Position numbers and translations under genes: made by a program. Shown piece after piece: positions 36,885-45,727 of a DNA stretch of 64,000 nt (positions are counted from its first letter, which is position 1; every line of letters starts with the position of its first letter). Below the pieces are notes generated by a model. It was given only the letters and a program-made list of their open reading frames with translations, was not told the origin of the DNA and ran no database searches. Location: positions 8,949-72,948 of the forward strand of contig JALGUJ010000009.1 of the NCBI GenBank assembly GCA_029820945.1, given 5' to 3'. The DNA comes from Candidatus Zipacnadia bacterium (lineage in GTDB: Bacteria > Armatimonadota > Zipacnadia > Zipacnadales > UBA5352).

Positions 36885-37044
36885 TACGGCAGCTACGAAA
36901 GCGACAAAAGCACCGACCGCAACGACAGCGACAGCAAACGTCGGCGTGGCCCGACCAGAGCGTCCTGTCAGTAGTGACCTCCGGGACGTCTAAGTCGTTG
37001 CTTCCCTCGCCTTTGCTGCTCTCGTTGCATTCCTCGCTGCTGTA

Positions 37045-37133
37045 TGGTGCCGAGGGCGGGATTCGAACCCGCACAACCGTAAACGGTCACTAGCCCCTCA
37101 AGCTAGCGTGTCTGCCAATTCCACCACCTCGGC
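37045..37133 (-). tRNA. tRNA-Leu (anticodon GAG), long variable arm
   Basis: Reverse complement GCCGAGGTGGTGGAATTGGCAGACACGCTAGCTTGAGGGGCTAGTGACCGTTTACGGTTGTGCGGGTTCGAATCCCGCCCTCGGCACCA. Anticodon loop tTGAGGg. Confidence 0.85.
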
Positions 37134-37151
37134 CCGTGTCCTGTGCACGAA

Positions 37152-37180
37152 ATGATACACGAGCCGAGGGACGGAGTCAA
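37152..37180 (-). promoter_or_regulatory. near-consensus sigma70 promoter driving the six-tRNA operon
   Basis: Minus strand: TTGACT (plus 37175-80), a 17-nt spacer, then TATCAT (plus 37152-57) preceded by TG. This places the TSS about 10 nt before the tRNA-Leu(GAG) 5' end. Confidence 0.6.
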
Positions 37181-37713
37181 GGTCAACCATGGCGGGTGGC
37201 AGCAGCGAGATCAGGCCACTCGTCAGGTGGGTTGACGCGGCGTGCCGGGGTGCTGGAAAAGGGCCGCCAACGGCTCTCCTCCCCGGTCCTCGCGCTGCTG
37301 TGACCACCGCTCCCATTGAGGAGCTTCGCGTCTCGAGCGGGAGAGTGGAACGGTGGTCGTTGCATGCTCTGGAGGGCCTGCTCCGCGAGACGGTCGGCGT
37401 TGCCGTCGCGTCCGCCGGTATCGCTGTCCTTGGCACCTTTGCGGGCGGGCCGGGGCAAAAGGAAAGCGGGGCAGGTCGCCTCACAAGAGCTGTGGGCAAA
37501 GGGAACTCCCGTGACCAAGGGCATTCCGGCCGCGATGCCGCCGAGACGCACAGCGCCCTGCAGGCGGATCTGCGCGGCGCTCACGGCTTCTGCAACGGCT
37601 TCTGCCCACCTTGACTCGTTGTGGGCTTTCTGCTAACCTCCCCATACGCTTCCGATCGGCCCTCCGGGGGCCTCTCGAGCGCACGCAGTAACGCGCATGG
37701 GGAGTGACGGCAG

Positions 37714-38229
37714 ATAGACAGGTCCTACCGGGTAAACGAGCGCATACGCGCGCCGCAGGTCAGGGTCATTTCGCCCGAAGGTGAACAAATCGGTATCATG
37801 GCTCGTGACGAGGCCCTGGCGGAAGCAAGCAAGCGAGACCTGGACCTCATCGAAGTCGCTCCGAACGCGGACCCCCCCGTGTGTCGTATCATGGACCACG
37901 GCAAGTTCCGCTACGAACAGCAGAAGAAGGCCAAGGAAGCGAAGAAGAAGTCGCGCCAGACGCAGGTGAAGACCATCCGGCTTCGTCCGAACACGGACGA
38001 TCACGACGTTGCGTTCAAGATGCGCAACGCCAACCGGTTCCTGAGCAAGGGTGACATGGTGAAGTTCAATGTCATCTTCCGGGGACCGGAACTGCGGCAC
38101 AAGGACATCGGGCGGGCGCAGCTCGAGAAGTTCATCGAGGGCTGCGCCGAGCACGGGGAGGTCGAGCAGCCCCCCCGCATGGAGGGCCGGCGCATGACCA
38201 TGATGCTTCGGCCCAAGTCCGAGGACTGA
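37714..38229 (+). CDS. infC: translation initiation factor IF-3 (start is not AUG; the AUG ORF begins at 37798)
   Basis: The track ORF MARDEAL..PPVCRIMDHGKFRYEQQKK... is only the C-terminal two-thirds. The same frame is open upstream and encodes ...VNERIRAPQVRVISPEGEQIGIM, which aligns with the conserved IF3 N-terminus (INEEIRAREVRLIGEDGEQLGI). It contains no ATG/GTG/TTG. The only plausible initiator is an in-frame ATA (or ATT) about 80 nt upstream of 37798, as in infC of other bacteria. My reading of the printed coordinates in 37640-37800 is off by 1 relative to the ORF track, so the start is approximate (+/-3). Confidence 0.75.
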   Translation: MDRSYRVNERIRAPQVRVISPEGEQIGIMARDEALAEASKRDLDLIEVAPNADPPVCRIMDHGKFRYEQQKKAKEAKKKSRQTQVKTIRLRPNTDDHDVAFKMRNANRFLSKGDMVKFNVIFRGPELRHKDIGRAQLEKFIEGCAEHGEVEQPPRMEGRRMTMMLRPKSED

Positions 38230-38258
38230 GACCTCGCAGTCGCAGCCAGGACCTTCCA

Positions 38259-38296
38259 GCCGACCGGGGCGAGCCTCGGTCGGCCGGCCTTTCTGT
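38259..38296 (+). terminator. hairpin + U-rich tract between infC and rpmI (attenuator/terminator candidate)
   Basis: GCCGACCG gggcgagcct CGGTCGGC, followed by cggccTTTCTGT. Confidence 0.3.
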
Positions 38297-38337
38297 AGCC
38301 ATGGAACCGGGCCGGCGCCCGGACACGCAAGGGACTG

Positions 38338-38541
38338 ATGGTAGTGGCGAAGATGAAGACCAAGAAGGCGGCAGCCAAGCGGTTCAGGCGAACCGGCTCC
38401 GGCAAGCTCGTCCACACCGGCCCCGGGCAGAACCACCTGGCGGACAAGAAGAACGCCAGGCGGCAGCGCCGCCTCCGGCAGGACAAGGAGCTCGAGGGCG
38501 GCGACCGCAACACCATCGAGACGCTGCTGCCCTATGACTGA
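38338..38541 (+). CDS. rpmI: 50S ribosomal protein L35
   Basis: MVVAKMKTKKAAAKRFRRTGSGKLVHTGPG...RRLRQ matches L35 (MPKMKTKsgakKRFk.TgsGk.). The true start may be the MKTKK at 38353. Confidence 0.9.
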   Translation: MVVAKMKTKKAAAKRFRRTGSGKLVHTGPGQNHLADKKNARRQRRLRQDKELEGGDRNTIETLLPYD

Positions 38542-38649
38542 GCGGGACGCGCGAGACAGACGGCACATCCGGGATACTGATGGTGGACGGCAGAGGCACG
38601 TGAACGCCGGGGCCGCGAGGGGTCGCGGCGCTGAAGGGAAGAGCATCCG

Positions 38650-39009
38650 ATGTCGCGAGTAAAGACCGGATATGTGAGGCGGCGCCGGCACAAGAGGTGG
38701 CTGAAGGCCGCCAAGGGATCCTGGGGCGGGAGGCACCGACTGTACACTGCGGCCAGGGACACGGTGATTCGAGCAGGCGCCTTTGCCTGGCGCGACCGCA
38801 GGCGGAAGAAGCGGGACTTCCGCAGGCTCTGGAACGCCCGCATCAACGCGGCGGCACGAGCCAACGGCACCAACTACAGCCGGCTCATCGGGGGCCTGAA
38901 GAAGGCCGGCGTGGACATCAACCGCAGGATGCTGGCGAAGATGGCGATGGAGGACCCCGAGGCTTTCGCAGAGGTGGCCGAGATCGCCAAGCAGGAGATG
39001 CCCTCGTAG
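38650..39009 (+). CDS. rplT: 50S ribosomal protein L20
   Basis: [81 protein letters not shown]. Confidence 0.95.
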   Translation: MSRVKTGYVRRRRHKRWLKAAKGSWGGRHRLYTAARDTVIRAGAFAWRDRRRKKRDFRRLWNARINAAARANGTNYSRLIGGLKKAGVDINRRMLAKMAMEDPEAFAEVAEIAKQEMPS

Positions 39010-39031
39010 CGGGAGCTGGGGCCGCCGGCGC

Positions 39032-39871
39032 ATGCGGCCCGTGGCGACAGGCTTGATAATCGAGAGCACACACAACCAGCACGTGAAGCGGCTGCGGTCG
39101 CTCGCCACGCGCAAAGGGCGCGCGGCCCATGGGCAGTTCCTCGTCGAGGGCGTGCGCGCGCTCGAGCAGGCCGTCGGCGGCGGGATGGAGCTTGCATTCG
39201 TCGCCCACTGCCCCGAGCTGGTGACGGGCGAGCGCGCCGAGAGGCTGGCAGGCGAGCTGGCGGCTGGCGGCACGGCCGTGCTGGAGATGGCGAAGGAGGC
39301 GTTCCTGGCCTTCACACAGGTGCGGTCGCCGGAGGGCCTGGCCGCGGCGGTGCGCATTCCCGGGACGGGGCTGGAGGATCTGCCCGCGGATGCGGACCTC
39401 CTGGTGGCCGCGGTGGACCTGCGCGACCCCGGGAACATGGGGACCCTGCTGCGCACCGCGGACGCGGCGGGAGCGCAGGGGCTGATCGCGGCCGGCACCT
39501 GCGTCGACATCTACGACCCGAAGGTCGTGCGCGCCACGGCGGGGTCGGTCTTCCACCTCCCGGTGGTGACCGGGGTGAGCGCCCGCGAGATGCTCGGCTG
39601 GGCGCGGCGGAAGGGGATACGCAGCGTCGCGGGCTGCCTTGATGACGCGCTGCCGCACACGGAGATACGCTACCCGCCGCGGACGCTGGTGATGGTGGGC
39701 AATGAGGCCAACGGCCTGAGCGCGGAGGTCGCGCACGAGGCCGACCTGCGAGCCTACGTGGCGATGCCGGGGCGGGCCGAGAGCCTGAACGTGACGGTCG
39801 CGGCGGGGATTCTGGTCTGGGAGATCTTGCGACAGAGAGGACGCACCAAAGACAGCGACGGAGAGAAGTAG
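39032..39871 (+). CDS. TrmH/SpoU-family RNA 2'-O-methyltransferase (RlmB-like)
   Basis: Rossmann/SPOUT knot motifs (LVAAVDLRDPGNMGTLLRTADAAGAQGLI, MVGNEANGLSAEV, ESLNVTVAAGILVWEI). Confidence 0.8.
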   Translation: MRPVATGLIIESTHNQHVKRLRSLATRKGRAAHGQFLVEGVRALEQAVGGGMELAFVAHCPELVTGERAERLAGELAAGGTAVLEMAKEAFLAFTQVRSPEGLAAAVRIPGTGLEDLPADADLLVAAVDLRDPGNMGTLLRTADAAGAQGLIAAGTCVDIYDPKVVRATAGSVFHLPVVTGVSAREMLGWARRKGIRSVAGCLDDALPHTEIRYPPRTLVMVGNEANGLSAEVAHEADLRAYVAMPGRAESLNVTVAAGILVWEILRQRGRTKDSDGEK

Positions 39872-40139
39872 GCGTGGAGGGTCGGTCAACAGAGAGGGGC
39901 GCCATGGGCTGAGAGCGCTCCGTCCGGACGCCGCGCCGAAGTTCGCTCCCGAGTTGCAGGCCGAAAGCGGAGGACGGCCTCCTCCGCGAGTAAGCTGAGC
40001 CGGCGCTCCGCCGTTACCGGAGCACTTCCACCCGACGGGTGGCATAGCGAGAGCCCCGTGCTTTCGTCCCTGGGACGAGAGGCGGGGCCGTTCTGGTTCT
40101 GGGCGGCCGCCGCCGGCGTGAGGCAGTCAGGAGGCTACC

Positions 40140-41159
40140 ATGGAAGAGAGACTGCGAGAGATGGCCAAGCAGGCGCGCGCGGCGCTGGAGGGCGCCGCGA
40201 ACCTCGATGAGCTGGAGCGGGTCCGAGCGCGGTTCCTGGGCCGCAGCGGTCTGCTGCGCGAGATCCAGCAGGGCATCCGGGAGATCGCCGAGGAGCTGCG
40301 CCCGCAGGTCGGGCGGCTCATCAACGAGACCCGGCAGGAGCTCGAGAGCGTGCTGGAGCGGCGCCGGGAGAAGCTGGAGTCGCTGGGCGTGCACGAGCGC
40401 GGCGAGGAGAGCCGCATCGACGTGACGCTGCCGGGGCGCTCGCAGTACGTGGCCGGGAGGCACCCGCTGCTGGCAACGCTCGACGACATGCTCGAGATCT
40501 TCCTGGGTCTCGGCTATACCATCGCCGAGGGCCCGGAGGTGGAGACCTACTACTACGGCTTCGAAGCCCTGAACTACCCACCCGACCACCCGGCGATGGA
40601 TGAGCAGATGACCTTCTACATCGAGGACGACGTGCTGCTGCGCAGCCAGACCTCGACGGTCCAGATCCGGGTGATGGAGAGCCAGGAGCCGCCGGTGCGG
40701 GTCGTGGTGCCGGGCCGCTGCTTCCGCCGCGACACCATGGACGCCACCCACAGCCACACCTTCTACCAGCTTGAGGGGCTGTGCGTGGATGAGGGCATCA
40801 CCTTCGCGGACCTGAAGGGCACGCTGCTGGCCTTCGGGCGGGGCATGTTCGGCGAGGAGACGCAGGTGCGCTTCCGGCCGGACTTCTTCCCATTCACCGA
40901 GCCCAGCGCCGAGTTCGCGGTCACCTGCTTCGCCTGCGCGGGCGAGGGCTGCCGCATATGCAAGGGCACCGGCTGGATGGAGCTGGGCGGTGCGGGGATG
41001 GTGGACCCGAACGTGCTGGCGGGCGTCGGCTACGACACAGAGCGCTACACGGGGTTCGCCTTCGGCGTCGGAGTCGAGCGCTTCGCCATGAACCGCTACG
41101 GCATACCCGACATGCGCCTGCTCTACAGCGGCGACATGCGGCTGCTGCGGCAGTTCTGA
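40140..41159 (+). CDS. pheS: phenylalanine--tRNA ligase alpha subunit
   Basis: Class II aaRS motifs (PGRCFRRDTMDATHSHTFYQLEGL; FRPDFFPFTEPSAEF; GTGWMELGGAGMVDP). Confidence 0.95.
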   Translation: MEERLREMAKQARAALEGAANLDELERVRARFLGRSGLLREIQQGIREIAEELRPQVGRLINETRQELESVLERRREKLESLGVHERGEESRIDVTLPGRSQYVAGRHPLLATLDDMLEIFLGLGYTIAEGPEVETYYYGFEALNYPPDHPAMDEQMTFYIEDDVLLRSQTSTVQIRVMESQEPPVRVVVPGRCFRRDTMDATHSHTFYQLEGLCVDEGITFADLKGTLLAFGRGMFGEETQVRFRPDFFPFTEPSAEFAVTCFACAGEGCRICKGTGWMELGGAGMVDPNVLAGVGYDTERYTGFAFGVGVERFAMNRYGIPDMRLLYSGDMRLLRQF

Positions 41160-41307
41160 GGAAGGCGAACGGCGGGAGTAGAGAATTGGCAATGGGCAAT
41201 TGGGAACAACGGAACGGCATCCCCCAAACAACCATGCGCCTCGTTCGTACCACAGGCATTCTTGCCTGTCGGTCGTTCCTGGGGAGTTCCACTGGAGGCA
41301 AACAACC

Positions 41308-43488
41308 ATGCGCGTGCCACATAGCTGGCTGATGGAGTATCTCGATGCCGACATCCCGGCTGAGGAGCTGGCCGAGGAGCTGACCATGGGCGGGCTTGAG
41401 GTCGAGGAGATCGAGGACTGGGTCTCCGCCGACGGCGAGGCGCGGGACCAGGTGCTGATCACCTCCGTGACCTCAAACCGCGGCGACCTGCTCTCCCTGT
41501 TCGGCGTGGCGAGGCACGCGGGGGCGCTGCTGGGCTGCGACGTCACGCTGCCGGAGTACTCTATCCCGGCGACCGAGACTCCCAACCGCGCCCCGAGCGA
41601 CCTGGAGCAGGGCGATACGCGCATCACTATCGAGGACCTGCACGGCTGCCCGCGCTACAGCGCCCTGCGCGTGGTGGGCGTCGCGGTCGGCGAGTCGCCG
41701 CAGTGGATGGCGCACCGGCTCGAGGCGGCGGGCGCGCGGCCGATCAACAACATCGTCGATGCGACGAACTACGTGCTGCTGGAGCTGGGCCAGCCGCTGC
41801 ACGCCTTCGACCACAGGCTGATCGTCGAGAACCACATCATCGTGCGCCGGGCTGAGGATGGCGAGAGGCTCGTTACCATCGACCAGGTCACACGCGAACT
41901 GACCCGCAGCGACCTGGTCATCTGCGACCCCAAGGGGCCCGTGGCGCTGGCCGGAATCATGGGCGGGATAGACACGGAGATGCGCGAGCGCACGACGGAT
42001 GTGCTGGTCGAGTCGGCGCACTTCAACCCAACGATGATCCGTCGCAGCGCGCAGCGCATGGCCATGAGCACGGAGGCCTCCTACCGCTTTGAGCGCTACG
42101 TCGATCCGAACCTGACGCTGCCGGCCCTGGCGCGGGCCGCCCAGCTCATCGAGCTCACGGCCGGGGGCGAGGTCGTCGGCCCGGCGATGGACGTACGCAC
42201 CGAGGAGTTCACGCGCGAGCCCATCGCGCTGCGGCCCGCGCGCGCGAACCACGTGCTGGGCACCGACCTGGACACTGCGGCGCAGGTCGAGCTGCTGCAG
42301 CGCCTGGGCTTCGAGGTCGAGCGCAGCACCGCTGAGACCGGCGAGGTGCAGAGCGACTGGCTGCGCCCCTACCCCGACGAGGAGCAGGCCCGTGATCGCC
42401 TGAGCGTCGCGGTGCCCACACGCCGGCCCGACATCGAGCGCGAGATCGACCTCATCGAGGAGATCGCGATCGTGCACGGCTACAACAGCATCCCTACCAC
42501 GCTGCCTCGGAACACGTCCGGCGCGGGCGTGCGCACGCGTCTTCAGAGGCTGGAGTTGCGCGTGAGCGAGGTGCTGCGCGGCGCGGGGCTATGCGAGCAC
42601 ACGAGCTTCTCCATGATGGGCAGCCGCGACCTCGCGCTTCTCGGGCTGGGCGAGGACGCCGAGGAGCGGCGGGCGCTGAGACTGCGCGAGCCGGCGGCCG
42701 AGAACCAGGAGCTGATGCGCACCACGCTGCTGCCCGGACTGCTGTCGGCCGCGCGCCACAACGTGCGGCAGCAGGTGAAGGACGTGGCGCTATTCGAGGT
42801 CGGCCGCGTCTTCATCGCCGGTGAGGAGAAGCTGCCCGAGGAGCGCCTGATGCTGGGCGCGATCTGCATGGGCAGCGCGCGCACCTCCACCTGGAACCTG
42901 CCCGACGAGTACGAGAAGATGGACTTCTACTGGCTCAAGGGCGTGCTCCAGCAGCTCTGCCAGCGGCTCCAGGTGGAGGACGTGAGCGTCGAGCGCGGCG
43001 AGCACCCCTTGCTGCACGGCGGGCGGACGGCTCGGGTGCGGCTCGGCGGGGAGCCGATCGGCGTGATCGGCGAGGTCTCACCGGAGGTGCAGGATACCTA
43101 CGACCTGCCCGAGCCGGCCTGCGTGCTGGAGCTGGAACTGGCGAAGCTGCTGGGCCGGGCCAGCCTGCTCGGGACGTACCGGCCGCAGCCGCGCTTCCCC
43201 GCCGCGACGCGCGACCTGGCGCTGGTGGTCGATGACGACGATGAGCACACGGGCGGCAGGCTGCTGGCGGTCGCGCGGGGGGCGGGCGGCGACTGCCTGG
43301 AGAGCGTGGAGATATTCGACGTCTACGTTGACCCCGAGCGCCTGGGGGAGGGCCGCAAGTCGGTGGCGCTCAGGCTGGTCTTCCGCCACCCCGAGCGCAC
43401 GCTCACCGAGGATGAGGTCGAGGAGGCCATGGAGGACATCCAGACTCACCTCGCCCGCACGCTCGGCGCGCAGGTGCGAACCTGGTAG
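41308..43488 (+). CDS. pheT: phenylalanine--tRNA ligase beta subunit
   Basis: Start refined to MRVPHSWLMEYLD at 41308, with GGAGGCA SD. B3/4, B5 and FDX-ACB domains are recognisable (GIMGG, C-terminal FDVYVDPERLGEGRKSVALRLVFRHPERTLTEDEV). Confidence 0.95.
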   Translation: MRVPHSWLMEYLDADIPAEELAEELTMGGLEVEEIEDWVSADGEARDQVLITSVTSNRGDLLSLFGVARHAGALLGCDVTLPEYSIPATETPNRAPSDLEQGDTRITIEDLHGCPRYSALRVVGVAVGESPQWMAHRLEAAGARPINNIVDATNYVLLELGQPLHAFDHRLIVENHIIVRRAEDGERLVTIDQVTRELTRSDLVICDPKGPVALAGIMGGIDTEMRERTTDVLVESAHFNPTMIRRSAQRMAMSTEASYRFERYVDPNLTLPALARAAQLIELTAGGEVVGPAMDVRTEEFTREPIALRPARANHVLGTDLDTAAQVELLQRLGFEVERSTAETGEVQSDWLRPYPDEEQARDRLSVAVPTRRPDIEREIDLIEEIAIVHGYNSIPTTLPRNTSGAGVRTRLQRLELRVSEVLRGAGLCEHTSFSMMGSRDLALLGLGEDAEERRALRLREPAAENQELMRTTLLPGLLSAARHNVRQQVKDVALFEVGRVFIAGEEKLPEERLMLGAICMGSARTSTWNLPDEYEKMDFYWLKGVLQQLCQRLQVEDVSVERGEHPLLHGGRTARVRLGGEPIGVIGEVSPEVQDTYDLPEPACVLELELAKLLGRASLLGTYRPQPRFPAATRDLALVVDDDDEHTGGRLLAVARGAGGDCLESVEIFDVYVDPERLGEGRKSVALRLVFRHPERTLTEDEVEEAMEDIQTHLARTLGAQVRTW

Positions 43489-43497
43489 GCGGGGGCG

Positions 43498-44436
43498 CTA
43501 CTGCTCCGGCGCGGCTTCACCGGCGGCCGGGGATAGCTTCGCGGCCAGGAACCCGACCGGGCCGCCGTACGGATCCTCCGTGTGCTCCGGGTAGATGAGC
43601 ACGCACTCGATCCCGAGCGCGTCCATCCGCTCCTTGAGGTGAACGCCGTAGAGCGGATGGTGTGCTACCTGGCCGGGCGTGGCGCTGTCATCGAGCCGGT
43701 CGGCCGGCGGTGAGTACTGCGCGCGCACCGGCGGGTCGTCCGCGGTCAGGTGGTTGACGGGAGACGCCTGCGCCATCAGCGCCCGGACCTCCGGGTCATC
43801 GAACTGTGCCGGGTCCTCGACGCCGAACATGGGCATCAGCGCGGGATGCCTGGTGATGGACGCGCCCAGCCACTGCTCGGCCACGTCCGCCTCCAGCGTC
43901 GTCGGCCCGGCGTTGGGCGCGATGCAGGTCAGGCGCGTGGACTGCCGCGCGATCGGGTCCTCGGAGTCGGGGTCGGCCAGGTCATCGTGGAAGGCCGGCC
44001 ACATCGAGGTGCAGGCGCCGGCGGAGCCGCCCCACGCGCCCACCCGATCGGGGTCGATGTTGTGCTCGCCCGCGTGATGGCGGAGGAACTGGATGGCGCG
44101 TCCGGCGTCGGTCATGGGCGCGGGGAAGGGCGCCACGTCGGTAAGCCGGTAGTTGATGGCCGCCACCGAGATGCCCGCCGCCAGCAGCGCCTCCAACGTG
44201 TCGCGGCCCAGGCTCGACCTGTCACCGGCCCGCCAGCCGCCGCCGTGCATGTAGACGGCCAGCAGGCGCGGGCCCTCCCCTTCGGCCAGCCACAGGTCGA
44301 GCACGTTGCGCTCGTGCGGGCCGTAGGCGACGTCGGCGAAGTCGGGGTCAGGCCTCCCGGCCTCGTACTCCCTCTGCCGCTCCCGGGCCTGCCGCCGCCT
44401 TCGGTTGAACGCCTGTGCCTCTTCGAGGGTGAGCAC
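43498..44436 (-). CDS. alpha/beta-hydrolase esterase/lipase (HGGGW oxyanion motif, GGSAGA nucleophile elbow); N-terminus probably disrupted by a frameshift
   Basis: GTG-start ORF with HGGGW...GGSAGA...D...H. The same frame stays open upstream to 44574 and encodes ...SSSFERFPRADADGDGVLTLEEA, an EF-hand/dockerin-like DxDxDG loop. A signal-peptide ORF (MRVRRALTMLLPAVLVVGAACAEE) starts at 44578 in a different frame (track ORF 44348..44692). Confidence 0.65.
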   Translation of the reverse strand: MLTLEEAQAFNRRRRQARERQREYEAGRPDPDFADVAYGPHERNVLDLWLAEGEGPRLLAVYMHGGGWRAGDRSSLGRDTLEALLAAGISVAAINYRLTDVAPFPAPMTDAGRAIQFLRHHAGEHNIDPDRVGAWGGSAGACTSMWPAFHDDLADPDSEDPIARQSTRLTCIAPNAGPTTLEADVAEQWLGASITRHPALMPMFGVEDPAQFDDPEVRALMAQASPVNHLTADDPPVRAQYSPPADRLDDSATPGQVAHHPLYGVHLKERMDALGIECVLIYPEHTEDPYGGPVGFLAAKLSPAAGEAAPEQ

Positions 44437-44702
44437 GCCGTCGCCGTCGGCGTCGGCCCTCGGGAACCTCTCGAAGCTGCTTGAGCCGATCGCTGTTCTC
44501 GGAGGTCTCCTCCGCGCAGGCGGCCCCGACCACCAGCACGGCCGGCAGCAGCATCGTGAGCGCGCGGCGCACTCTCATCCTGGATCGCCTCTCTGGAAGA
44601 CAGGTCCTGTCCCGGGAGACGCCGAACCCGCCCTCGCGGTTCAACACATCGCGCCTTTGGACCTCCGAGGTGACGGACGTGTTCTGGCACACGCACGAGG
44701 GG

Positions 44703-45137
44703 ATGGACTCGCGGCAGGCCTACCGCTGGCAGTGGCTGCGGTGCATCCTCATCAACAAGTGGGCGATGGGGCTGCCGCACATCAACACGCGGCTGCGCAA
44801 GTGGCTCATGCGGCTGGGCGGGATCACCATCGGCGAGGGCGGCTTCATCGGCATGGGCGGATGGTACGAGGAGTGCTACCCGCACCGCGTGATCATCGGC
44901 GACAACGTAACGATCTCCTTCCGGGTCACGCTGGTCGCCCACGGTCCGCGCCGCACCGAGGACATGCGCATCATCATCGAGGACGGCGTCTACATCGGCT
45001 GCAACGCCACGGTGCTGGCGGGTGTGACCATCGGCGCGGGGGCGAAGGTTGGGGCGGGCGCGGTGGTCACGAAGGACGTGCCACCCGGCGCGACCGTCGC
45101 GGGCGTGCCAGCGCGGGTGATTGGTGGGAGCGGGTGA
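44703..45137 (+). CDS. left-handed beta-helix (hexapeptide-repeat) acetyltransferase, WcaF/maltose-O-acetyltransferase-like
   Basis: Hexapeptide repeats (ITIGEGGFIGMGG, IIGDNVTISFRVTLV, VYIGCNATVLAGVTIGAGAKVGAGAVV). The start could be earlier; the track ORF begins at 44481. Confidence 0.65.
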   Translation: MDSRQAYRWQWLRCILINKWAMGLPHINTRLRKWLMRLGGITIGEGGFIGMGGWYEECYPHRVIIGDNVTISFRVTLVAHGPRRTEDMRIIIEDGVYIGCNATVLAGVTIGAGAKVGAGAVVTKDVPPGATVAGVPARVIGGSG

Positions 45138-45379
45138 CACCCCGCGGCCGACGCAGGCCGCCGTGGTCGTGCGGAGAGGCCGCACGAGGGACGCATGCCG
45201 CTTATGCCTATTGAAGCCCGCGGGTCCCCAGGGGTGGGATCGTTCGATCTGGCGCGACGGGAACGGCCGCAATGGGCCGACCTCGGCGCACGCAAGCGAC
45301 GCGTCCGCCTCGTGCGGCCCCTCCAACCGCGAGCGGCGCGTCGGCCCTCGCGGTGTCCGGACCCCGAATCCGTGGCCCC

Positions 45380-45408
45380 TTGACGCCCCCACCCTCACGT
45401 GGTAGCAT
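45380..45408 (+). promoter_or_regulatory. sigma70-like promoter of arsR operon, short leader; TAGCAT/ATGCTg dyad overlaps -10 and start codon
   Basis: TTGACG (45380-85), a 17-nt spacer, then TAGCAT (45403-08). ATG at 45425 with no SD. The inverted hexamers TAGCAT...ATGCTG lie 16 nt apart and are a candidate autoregulatory operator. Confidence 0.45.
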
Positions 45409-45424
45409 ATAAGCGATCACTAAA

Positions 45425-45727
45425 ATGCTGAAGGGTCAAGACGTTGACAACGCGGCGGAGCTGTTCGGCGCACTCGCCTCAGACACGCGCATCAGGATCC
45501 TCCAGGAGCTGGGCGAGCAGGCGCTGTGTGTAGGTATGCTCGCGCTGCGGCTGGAGCTGACGCAGAGCGCCATCTCCCAGCACCTGCAGGTGCTGCGCAA
45601 CGCCGGGCTGGTCGAGTCCGACAAGCGCGGCAGCTACGTTCACTACAGTCTCACCGAGGACGCCGCGCAGCGATGCCAGGCGGCGCTTGGCGATATCCTG
45701 CCGGAGCCCCGAGACCAGGGGGAGTGA
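45425..45727 (+). CDS. ArsR/SmtB-family HTH transcriptional regulator
   Basis: LASDTRIRILQEL...CVGMLALRLELTQSAISQHLQVLRNAGLV...RGSYVHYSL (winged HTH). Confidence 0.85.
   Translation: MLKGQDVDNAAELFGALASDTRIRILQELGEQALCVGMLALRLELTQSAISQHLQVLRNAGLVESDKRGSYVHYSLTEDAAQRCQAALGDILPEPRDQGE

Noticed and set aside
37189-37614. 141-aa ORF between the tRNA promoter and infC (and overlapping ORFs 37316..37636, 37183..37584 minus)
   Set aside because: Its composition is Gly/Ala/Arg-rich shadow-like, it has no SD, and it overlaps the tRNA-operon promoter. The region is more likely the infC promoter and leader.
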